Source: Azolla caroliniana (taxonomy: Eukaryota > Plantae > Polypodiophyta). From it: a stretch of DNA of 64,000 bases. Position numbers and translations under genes: made by a program. The notes below the pieces were generated by a model that searched no databases, was not told the origin of the DNA, and worked only from the letters and a program-made list of their open reading frames with translations. Positions 15,001 through 27,000 of the stretch are shown here, in pieces; position 1 is the first letter of the stretch, and each line of letters opens with the position of its first letter. Where the stretch lies: positions 744,001-808,000 of the forward strand of contig JBHGNT010000012.1 of NCBI GenBank assembly GCA_043228905.1, given 5' to 3'.

Positions 15001-18000
15001 GTGTGCAACCCTGAGAAACCATTTTCTGAGTTGATTGTGCCAACAGCAGACTCTGTTAGATCAAAGTTTATTCTACAGTCTCTTATTGAAATTGGCAAAC
15101 ATGTTCTGTGTGTTGGAGAAACTGGTACAGGAAAGACACTAGTTGTACAGGATAAACTTCTCAATGATATGGATCAATCATATGTGCCTATCTTCATCAA
15201 TTTTTCTGCACGGACAAGTGCAAATCAAACACAGGATCTTATAGATTCTAAAACAGAAAAAAGAAGAAAGGGAGTTTTTGGTCCCCCTCCTACAAAGAAG
15301 TATATAATATTTGTTGATGATCTGAACATGCCACAAAGAGAGAAGTACTTTGCTCAGCCTCCAATTGAAATTTTACGTCAATGGATGGACCATAAAGGAT
15401 GGTATGAGAGAAAACCACCTTGTGCCTTCCGTACCCTAATTGATATTCAGTTCGTTGGCTGCATGGGACCACCTGGTGGAGGCCGTAATATAGTAACCAA
15501 CCGATTTCTTCGTCATTTTAATTTCTTATCTTTCAATGAGATGTCTGATGATAGCCTATTTTTAATCTTCAATACCATTCTTCAAGCCACTCTTAGTGCT
15601 AAATTTTCACAAGCAATATGGCCTGTTGGGAAAAATATCGTTCTTGGAACTATAGATGTATATAACTCAATAAGAAAGGAGCTTCTGCCAACACCATCGA
15701 AATCACATTACACTTTCAATCTGCGTGATATGAGTAAGGTTATTCAAGGTGTACTACGTGCTGATCCAAATCATACACAGTCGGTAAATTCAATTGTCTC
15801 TCTTTGGCTTCATGAAGGAATGAGAGTCTTCCAGGTTGGTAACATCATATCTCTAGTATGTGGAATTCAGTTTTCTTAAAGTAGGGAAATATTATTCTTG
15901 GATTAATTTTGAGGACAATAAACATAGAATCAATAACTAGCAAGCATATTACACTGTGGTTAACTTAAGCCAAACGTTCAGAGGACCATAAACATACAAT
16001 CAATCTCTGTCTACAACATTACACGCATCCACGTTTGATCATAAGACCAAGCTTGATCATTAGAAGTGCCATAGGAAAACCTCATAGTGTGGACAATTTT
16101 ATTTCCATGTTATGTTTGCATAGAACGTGGCCCTTGGAACTGTTTCTGTTTCTCTGAACACATCCTCCCTACTTTTCCTAGGGCTGCTTCTCTCATCAGA
16201 TTGGTGATTTTGTAGTCTCTTGTTGTTCTTGGTAATTTCTGACAACTGTATATTAGTTTTTAAAAATTGATTTAAGGTCATGTATTACTTCCCTGTATCA
16301 CTGGGATGTTTTATAGCTGAAGATTGAAAATTTTGCAACTGTGTGATATGCATTACAGGATCGTCTTATTAATCAGGAGGATAGGATTTGGTTCTCAGAC
16401 TGCTTGGCAGACCAGTTGGAAAAGCAATTCAAATTACAGTGGAAAGATGTTGTCAGAAACGATCGTCTTCTATATTGTGATTTTCTAGTGCCTGGTGTAG
16501 AATCAAGGATATACGAGGAGGTTATTCCCTAAATATTGTCTAGTTTTAGTTTGTCATACAGGACATATCTGTTGCACTATCATGTGTATAAATATGCATC
16601 TACTTAAAGTTCATCATTTCCCCGGCAATAAGGAAATATAAGATACAGCATCTCTAAATTTTCTTATAGTGATATGAATGTGACATTTTTAGGCTTTAAC
16701 TCACATACATTCAAACTACCAAAATTCTCGGTTTCTGATCATTATTTTTGTGGATGAAATGACGTTTTGTCTAAAATTCTGAAATTCATCAATGCATTGT
16801 GATGTTCAAATCTGTTTATACCCATAGGATTTTCCCTCAACCCTTTGTACTTCTGTACTAGGTTACTGACTTCGGGAAGCTATCTCAAGTTGTTGAACAA
16901 TACTTGGAAGATTACAATAATGTTACAAGTACGCCTATGAAACTTGTGATGTTTCTGGATGCCATAGAACATGCTGCGCGAATTTGCAGAGTGATTCGAC
17001 TTCCTCTTGGAAATGCGTTGCTCCTTGGAGTCGGTGGAAGTGGAAGACAAAGCTTGACAAAATTAGCTACCTTTATGGAAGACTTTGAATTGTTTCAGGT
17101 AAATAATGGGTTTCATTCATTGTTGAAGTTTTGGAAGAAATGTTAGTCTGATGCTGTTTTCATTCATTCAATGATATTTTTCCTGCTGCCTTTCTAATGT
17201 GGAGTAGATTTTCTTGTTCATTATAACCAAAACAAACTGAGACACTTTCTTTGAAATTGCCATGCTTCTACAGGTTGAGATAAGTAAAGGATATGGAAAT
17301 AATGAATGGAGAGATGACTTGAAAAGAATGTTATTGAAAGCTGGTGTGGATGATAAGGAAATGACGTTCCTGTTTTCAGACACCCAGATTGTGATGGAGT
17401 CATTTCTTGAGGACATCAATAACATACTGAACTCTGGCGAGGCAAGTTAAATATTCTCTTTAAGACAGTTTTTCTTGTTGGAGAACTTCTCCAAAAATAG
17501 TAGTCCAGCTTTCATGGTGTTCTTCGGCTTATCGTCACTCTGGATGGAGAAAATGTTGTTGACATAACAATGTGAACCATAGCAATGTGATTATGACAAA
17601 TCAAGATGTTAACTTAGGAAAGTGATGATAACAAGATGTGACAATATAAACATATTGGGCTTTTGTACAAAGTTAATTTAAATCCTGGGAAAGAACATTA
17701 AAGGTGAATAATATACCACACATGTCATCGTGAAGTTTTATAGGATGTATAATATGCTCCCATGAACACATTTTTGTACTTGGTACATTGTTTTACAGAC
17801 TGAGTTATCTTCTTGCAAGTATGCGGATGCCACCGAAACAAGAGAAGAACTAGTTTATGTTAGCAATTCTTCTCTACCATTGCCATGGGTTTCGGCTATA
17901 TGTTCTGATCCACACAATTGTAACAAGAACTAACAGACAACTCATCTATGTTTCCCATGGGAATTCCTACTCCTATTCTGCCTGTTAAGGTGGTGTGGAA

Positions 18001-21000
18001 ATCCATATGATGTTCTAAATTGATTACTTTTGCTCTCACCTCTTACACCTTTTATATTTACTGTGTAATATTTATTTTATTTTGATTTGTTCTCAAAGAC
18101 GAGACAACGCTTAAGATGTAATCTCTTATTTGGTCTTATAGGCCAATTTGGCCTCTTAAAAGACGTTAATATATCTTTCTTTCTGCAAACTCCATGGAAT
18201 GGGGAATGCTAGGGAGTAGAATTGGGAAGCGATAGTAATGCCACACAACACCACAGATTAACACTGTTTACACAAGTTATCACAGAGAAAGAGAATTGGA
18301 ATTACATTACACCAAATAAACATTATACCTGGGGCCCTTATATAATGTACATGGTGGGTCCCTATCCCATTCATCCAGTGTAATGTCTTATTTATTGGAA
18401 TGCCTGATCTGCAGTCCCTACAATTCTAAAACTTGTCCTGCGGCTAATTAAGGTGGTTTTCTGATATATAAACTAAAAATGTGAATGATATAATAAGAAC
18501 TATTTCTTGTTCAAATATTTTAAAAGTGGGATGATCAAACATTTATTGAAACTTCAGGTACCTAATATTTGGAAAAACGAAGATGTAGACCTTATAGCAA
18601 ATGCCATGCGCCCATTCCTTCAACAAAAAGGCATTCCAGCAACAAAAATTGCACTTCAAACTGCCTTCCTAAGACGTGTTCGGCAAAACCTTCATGTAGT
18701 CATTTGCATGAGCCCCATCGGTGATGCAATACGCACAAGACTGCGGATGTTTCCTTCACTTGTAAACTGTTGCACCATTGATTGGTTTCATGAATGGCCT
18801 GAAGAGGCCCTCCGGTCAGTTGCTAGAAACTTTATTGCTGGAACACAACTCTTAGAAAATGAACAGGTAACCCTAATAGAAATCTTAATATCTTAATATA
18901 TGGCCTCAAACAGGCTTGGTGCACTGTTGTGATGCAAAGAATAAAACGTGTCTGTTATATTGCAGATCAACACAGTAGTGGAAGTTTGTGTTTTCATCCA
19001 TCAATCAGTTGAGCGTGCATCCAAGGAGTTTTATGATGAGCAAAGACGGCACGTATATGTGACACCCACAAGCTACCTTGAGCTTCTAGGAACATACATT
19101 AAACTTCTAGATGAGAAAAGAGAAGAGATTGGAAAGCTTAGGGGAAGGCTTGAGGTTGGGTTGGACAAACTTGAAACTACTGCACAAGACGTTGAGGTGA
19201 TGCAAAAGGAACTTGTCCTCCTACAACCTGTACTAGAAACAACTGTTCAAGAAGCCAATCAGATGATGTTAACAATTGGTGAGGACAAGAAGAAGGCTGA
19301 CATCACCAAGCAAGAGGTATGTGTTTATATATTTTATTGAGAACAGCACTGCCTATCTATATGCAATGTGACTTTGACTGTGTTCAATGCTACACAAGTT
19401 ATCGTCTTTCATCAAGATCGTATTCAACAGGTTTAAATCAATGGAAATGAAATTGGTACGGCATGAAACCAGATTAGAAACATTTTTTACCTTCCATAAC
19501 TAATATCTCATCTATAGGTGATAGAGGTGAGTTCAGTCAAAATGGAGATTCATAGTGTCTTTAAATAGGCAATCCCACCTTATTGTAGCAAAGGACTTCA
19601 CAACATTCACATGTATGACAGCCATGTCCATGAGCTGCGATTTTTTGTACATGCCCGCTGCAAGTTCTCATGCTTGTCTGCTGAAACTCTAGTACATAAT
19701 GCAATACGTGTTATAAGCTGCCTGGCCAAATCTTACTCCAAGGTTCAAAAGCATAAGGTATCAACCCTTACATTAGCCTTTCGGATGCACTGGCAATCAC
19801 AGATAACTGATCATTCAATAGCTCCACATTTCTAACAATGTGCCAACGAGTCACCATAGGCCAAACAGAGGAATGGCAGTGATAATGAAGACAGAATACT
19901 AGGATACTAGTCACATGGGCTATACCAGTGCACTTTTGAAATTCATCATAGCCTCGTTCCACCACATAAACCAACTTCAGCTAGGATGTCCAATCATCAC
20001 AACTTAACCCATACATATTAGTTTAGCACTTCCTGCATGTTAAATGTCTCCAAGCTGATTTTATCACAACCGTTAAGATCAAGATCATGGGGCCTTAGAA
20101 AAACTGGAGCCTTTATTTTTGCTTAGGCATGGATAATATGGGCGCACCTACATTTGTGATCATGATTTGTCTACTAGGCTGCTTTGGCCTCTAGTAGATG
20201 TTAATATATCTTTCCTTTGTTGTTTCGTAGAGAGATCTGCATTTCAGGAGTATGTATAGTGGGCATAATCATACAGATATACTATATGCTGATGATATTA
20301 TGCTGATATTTGACTCTCTGAAGGGACTACAACGACATCAAAAGAAACACTTTAAAATCATTTTGTATGAACAAAGCTTTGTCCATAAACCTTGATAAAA
20401 CTAAAGTGACGTTGTCAATGATAACTGTTAGATATAGCCAATTATCACCCTCAAGTTGTCAGTTTATCCTCATACGTATTCTCAGAGTGCACATTTTGTG
20501 ATAGCATCTGAAATGAGGATTAGCTATTGTGCAAACCGATCATATGGGTCGATGAGGGGTCAATGTGGGAAGCTGTAGATATGTCGGACAGAATGTATTT
20601 AGGGATGAGATTGACTAGTCAGGTCAAGTAGAAGAATATTCTTTGTTGGCAGGTTAAGATGTTCTTAGTCTTGAAGTATTGACTTTAAGAGTACTGTCTA
20701 GCACTAGCTTGTATCTAGGGAGCTAGTTCATATTAAAGGACAAGTCGATTGACAGAGATGGAATATCCCCACAACTATCAACTCACTTGCTCATATAATA
20801 TAACAATAAGTCCAAATATAGAATATAAATATTCACCCTCTTTCTCTTACACTTAGCTGTTGTAACTATTTTCTGTAGTCAACTAGTCCAGCTCCCATCT
20901 AAGCTCTAAGGTGTGAGCGACTTGAGGACTTCCATTGTAAGTTACTCTCATGTGTACTAGAAAGTTTGTAAGTTTGTATTGATAGATATAGATCTCTGAG

Positions 21001-24000
21001 AGTGCAACCCTATATGCCTATCTAGTCGATTTTCGATATTTACTTAGTAGGTGGACCTCTTTGCTGTCAACCCACACATATTTTTCTAACAATTACAAGA
21101 TTAGAATCTGAAATATCCTACACATACCTATGAGTAACATTCAGAGGACCTCAGTTCTCCTTACAGGAGGCTGTCTGTGCTCAACTATCTTTTGGAACTA
21201 TGTGCACATTGTTATTCTCCAGGGAGTATGCAAATGTACAGTTCCAAAAGTCATGAACAAAATTATTGCTATTTGATACAATTATTACAGCGACTTATCT
21301 CAATGGAGTAGAATCTTGGAGACCGAGTCTCTGCAAGGGAAATAACTAAGATTTGGAGAAACCTTTACGCTCAATGATTGCCTATGTGATAAGGAGCAAA
21401 GAATTGGTACTCCATGATATAATTCAGGTGGAGATGGGAGCAGCCCCAAAAATCATTGAGGCTCTCTAAACAAATGAACTCAGGGTTGGCACTTGTGTTG
21501 TCAAAACAACTTGCTGAATAGGCAGATAATCCTTGTTGGTATGCTGAAACACAACACAGTACACGGTGATCAGAACTTTAATGCAAAAATCAAACTGGAT
21601 CATGTCCACAATATCTCTTGGTAGGAAGATATCGGAGGATGATTTTTCATGATATCGGAAGATATCATGAAGCCCTCTTATGTGTATATAAACACACACC
21701 ACTGGAAAGGTTATATTCAAGAAAATAATTAAATAATCAAAGTGTCAACTCTAAAACGTTTAAACCACAGATTCAAACCTTTTAAACCAGAAACCATTAA
21801 GCCGATAAAAGTTCAAACCAAACCGTTGACCCCCATTCCGAACTGTTCACAAAAATCTGCACTTGAACCGCACTGTTTAAGCTGTTGAACCTTAGTTTCA
21901 TGGTTCGTGGTTTGGTTCGGTTCAAACCGAACAGTTGCCGATTGCTATCAGTATCCCATGATATGATCTGAGCGGGGATTGGAGCAGCACCAATAGTGAG
22001 TGAGGCATTATTTTCATCGATGACGGGTATCCAATAGTTTTGGGAAAGGCACTCAAAACAGATAATTAGATCATCCAAACAGCTGGCTGAAACGGAGATA
22101 ATCATTGTTCGCATGAAGAAATGCAAGAATGATTCCAATAGTATAGCAAAAATATAGAAGCACTTCCCTCAATTCAAATTATTTTTTATTGTCCTCATCC
22201 AAACATAAGGAAAGTGGAAAAAACTAGATTGACCTTTGTTGATATCATTAAACCACCACAATATCTCTTGGTAGGAAAAATGGCCAACTACAAGGAACTC
22301 TTTTTATACAGATTGCAGGATGGATATATTATCAGGCCTTCTTATATAGATACATGAACTCTGTAGTGCAATAGGGCAGCTCAGGACCATCAAGAGCTTA
22401 TTGTTTGCATTTACATTGCATGGGCTGTTTGAATTTTGGATAGGGATAACATGCTCATGTTTTGGCTAATTTCTGGGCATTGTTTGTGTTTAAATTTCGA
22501 TGAAATATTTATTTGTAAGGGAATGCTTATTTTATTAGTGATAAATAGCTTGTATTTTTCAGGTTGCCAAACAAGAAGCAGAAGCTAATGTTCAAGCAGC
22601 TGAAGCAAAAGCTATTGCGGCAAGTGCTCAAAAAGATGTTGATCAAGCAATGCCTGCTCTTGAGAATGCCCTTTCATCATTAAAAAATCTAACGAAAGCT
22701 GACATAGTTGAAGTCAAGTCACTGAAAAACCCTCCAGAAGGAGTTAAAATGGTCATGGAGGCTACATGCATCATGTTCAATTTACCACCGAAAATGGTAC
22801 CTGATCCGAACAGGGTAAGAATGATGATTTTTTAGACATCCATTAATGGTAGCATCATTCTATTTACAGTTTGTGCTCAACCATATAATGGCAAATGGTT
22901 TCTCAGGGGAAAAAATGTTCGTTTTAACTTGGGAAATTGTAAACAGCTAGGTAAAAAGCTTGCAGATTATTGGGAACCTAGTACAAAGATGCTAACAGAT
23001 TCTCAAAAATTTCTGGATTCGCTTCTGCAATTTGAAAAAGATAATATAACTGCATCAACCATTGAAAAAATTGAGCCATATATTGCGATGGAAGCATTTA
23101 CCCCTGAACAGGTTTTGTGCTCTAGATGCATAATGAATTTACATTCAGTTGTCAACATCTACCAGTAGCTCTACTAAAAGGTATATCTGTATGCAGGTTG
23201 CAAGGGTATCCAAGGCATGCACATCGATTTGCATGTGGGTTCGGGCCATGCATGCATACTATCAAGTTTGTTTGGTCGTGGCTCCCAAAAGAGCTCAGCT
23301 TGCAGTAGCACAAGCTCAACTCGATTCGACCATGCAACTTCTTAACGATGCACAGTCTAAACTGAGAGAGGTTTGTAAGCAGATCTTATAAAGAATTTTT
23401 TAATCATTCAGTGTCAGTTTAATGACATTAAATGTCTTGTTAAATTTACATATTTTCCAATGATATCACAAGTATATAGAGAATCTAGCTCAGGGGAGAT
23501 TGGGCAGAAGTTATCACAAAGGTATTTGACTTTCTGATGAAGATCTTTGAAAAGATCTCTCTCGTGGATCTAGGAGTTTAAGGTTTCATTCACATTATGA
23601 CACCGAGTAATTTGAACTAATATTATTAAATTGGATGATAAAACAATGTGCATCATCCCCATAAGACCTCATGGTAAAACCCTCTTTTTCCACTCATCAC
23701 AAGATGGAATTATAATATCTCTCTCACGTGCTCCATAGTGTTATAAGGCACCTCAAACCTCTTCACATCGCTTAAATACTAAGACTAGCACATCTACCAT
23801 ATATTTATCCATATATATACATTTATATATACACACACCAATGTCTGGAAAAACAGATTTTCCTATTGTGCCATCAGCATGTGAAATAAGAGGGATGTGT
23901 GTGTGTAATAAGATACTATCATAAAGTAATGGCATCGTTGCACAGCACTATAGACACAAAACCTCATCACTAAAGAACCAAGTCAACCAAGTGTCTCAAT

Positions 24001-27000
24001 CACAACACTTGGAAGTGGTTACAACCAATCAAGCAATAGAAATTTGTTATGCACATAGGCTACATCCGTCTGAACCACAACCCCATGATCCTGGTTATTG
24101 ACAAATTGAGACCGCGCCAATTTTGGATCAGTCCATGTTGAAGATCATTTGAATGCAGAAAATTCAGTCCATCTAAACTAATTTAGTTTTATCTAATGAT
24201 AATATTTGGTACTTTGGATGGGTGTTTTGATATTTATTTCCCGTAGCATTGAGTCATGCATGTAGGCCACAACCATTCAGACCATGGCCCTGCAACCCTC
24301 ATCATCAACAAATGAAGGCTATTGTCACCTGGCACCAAAGATGCCTCCCTCACTTCAGAGATGTCTTCATATTGGAGTGGCCCATGTTGAATATTTTGTA
24401 AAAGTAGAAGGTTCAATCTATCTACTTTCAAATTAGTTGTATCTAACGAGAATATCTGGTGCCTTAGGCAGTATTATTAATTTAGCTATATTTATTTCTA
24501 TTTTCCTTAGAATTGTGTCCTGCATATACTCCATGGCCATTTGGACCATGGCCCTGCCAATATCGTCGTTGGCAAATAAAGGCTATTGTTAACTCTTAGG
24601 GCCGGACAATGGCCTAACACAGGGTGTCTACAGAAGACACTTCACCAAAGGGGTGTTACGGCAATAGGATTAGACTCAACGATTAATCCGACTTAATTAG
24701 GCTACTTAACAAGATCGTCCTTAATAATCACGCGTAAGATATAACAATGAATGCAGAACGGCAATTAACACAGAGAGATAACAACACTAAGCTTTTTTTA
24801 ATTAACAGCCCTCATTACATTGTATCTGGGCCTTTAAATAGGTTTCCAGTCTGTAGTACAAAACGGTGCCATCCGCACCTGTTCGGGATCGGTCCGGATC
24901 CGGAACGGCATACCGATTCCGGTCCGTCCGTCCACACTCATAGCTTACATACAACCATTCCTAATAATTAAATAACTCCTTCGTTTCACACTTTGGACTC
25001 CTTTGCCGGTCGGTAACACATGGCACGCCCGTGGGACAGTACCTTGTACGTCGAATCCACCATCCGACCCTTGCTATTCTTCGTCCAAAATATCTAGAAT
25101 GCTTTGTTCAAGAGTCTCCAATGGTTCATCTGGAATTGGTTGTTGTTGTTGTGGTTGCTGTTGCTGCTCTGTTGATGGCTGCTGCGACTGCTCCTCTGTT
25201 TGTTGCTCTGACACCGGCGTTTCCGTCGTTACTCCCTCCGTCGTAGTGGTCTCTGGTTGACTGGTTCCGGCCTGGCCCTCGGCCGGCGACGGTTCCTCAT
25301 CACTAAGGTTAACCGTTGTCGCTTCCCGTGCTTTTTCTTCCCGAACACGGGACCGCCCGTAGCTTTCAAACTAGATTTGAGCGTCCAGCCTATCATCGTC
25401 TAGCTGAGCTACGAGTTGTCGGACCTGCGCCAGTTGTTCATCCGCCAGGACTTGGAAGTCTTCGGCCAGCTCGTCCCGTATGGCGGTGAAGTCCTCGGAA
25501 GTCAACGTGTAACAATCATCTCCTTCCTTCCGCCGGTTTGCCACGTCTGCCCGTAGCAATTGGAGTTCCGCCGCATTTTGTGCCCACTTTGTCCACCATC
25601 TTACGGAGCTTTCGTCAATCAAGCGTTTTGTCTGATTCAGCCATGCCCGGAGGATGCACTGAATCCGGCCCGTTCCCAATTGCGATTTGATCTCCGCCGC
25701 TTGCCGTTCCTCCTTCAATTGCTTGATGATTTTGACGTTGTCTTCCGCCTGCTCCTTGTAATGCGTCAATTGCCTTTGATATGTGCTTTGTAATTTTTGC
25801 AATACCGTTGACGCTCTCTCCTTTTCTTCTTGTTGCTGCCTCTGGAGCTCCATCCGGACCTTCTCCGCCTCATCCAACCGTCTTGTATTTTCCACACGTT
25901 CGTCGGCGATCGCCGTCGCGGCCCGATCAACTTCTTGCTGGAGTTCGGCCATCCGTTCCTTATGCTCCGTTTCCAGCAGTTTGTAGTCCCGGTGCAGGTG
26001 CTCAAAATAATCTGTCTTTTGCTTGAGCCGTGCGTTGATCTGTCAACGGGCCCGGTCCTCGCGGTCCTTCTACTGGCAGAGCTCTTCCTTTAGCCGTTCA
26101 ATTTCCGTTTCCGCCGTCTTCCGCAGCTTGTCCTTTTCCTACAGCACTTTGTCTTTTTCCTCCCTTAGTCGGTCGTACGCTTTATGGCCTTTCCGGAGGC
26201 TGTCCTTTGCCCGGCGGAGGTTCTCAGCCGTCTTCTTTAATTCTGCTTCGGCCGCTGTCTTCAATTCCCGTTCCCGGCTCCTTAGCGCTTCTTGTGCGGC
26301 AAGTTCATCTCTCAATTCCACAAGCTTCTGGGCTTGCGCCGCATCTCTCTCTGGAACGGTTTCTGTTGCCGGGGTCTTATTGGTATGTACACATTGATCT
26401 GTTTCTTTATTCTGTACACTTACCGGAGTCACCGGTGTTTGGATCTGTGTTGCCGTTAAGGCCATTTTGGCCATCTCTGCCGTGACCTGATCCAAGTCTT
26501 TTTCAAGGCACCGGATTCTGGACCGGGCCGTCTCTAGTTGTGTGGTTGTGACGAGCAACCGTTCGCTTTGCGCTCTTTCTTCCGCCTCAATATACCCCAC
26601 TGCTCCGGCAATCTGTTCGCCTATCCATCAGAGCCACAGGCTACCGGTGCATTGTTGTTGTGCTTGCACGGAGGTTTGACAGATGAGCTCGCTTGTAGAT
26701 GGGTGGTCCCGCTTGATTGCGCCAAGTTGCAATTCCGTTTCTACCCGTGGACCACCCTGCTGTCCCAGTTCCCCTTGCGCTTCTTCTTGGTTGGCCGAGG
26801 GAGGCTGTATTGACCTTTCCGGCTCTGGCGGAATGGGACTTGCCGGTGCTGCCGGTGGTGCAGGGGCTTTTGATTCTGGTGCCGTGCGCACCGGTTCCGG
26901 TTCCTCCCTTGGCGTGGAAGTCTCAGTATGGGGAGCCGGTGTTCCCTCCGTCTGAGGGTCCAAACGTTTCCCGGCTGCCTCAACGGTCCTTGCCGACGAC

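Larger units (their letters stand above)
20175..22395 (+). mobile_element. Decayed LINE ORF2 relic carrying nested insertions
   Basis: [10 protein letters not shown] at ~20279, NLDKTKV at ~20388, DGYIIRP (cf. DGFVIRP in ORF 29830-30534) at ~22320; LINE tail fragment at 20175-20218. Confidence 0.65.
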
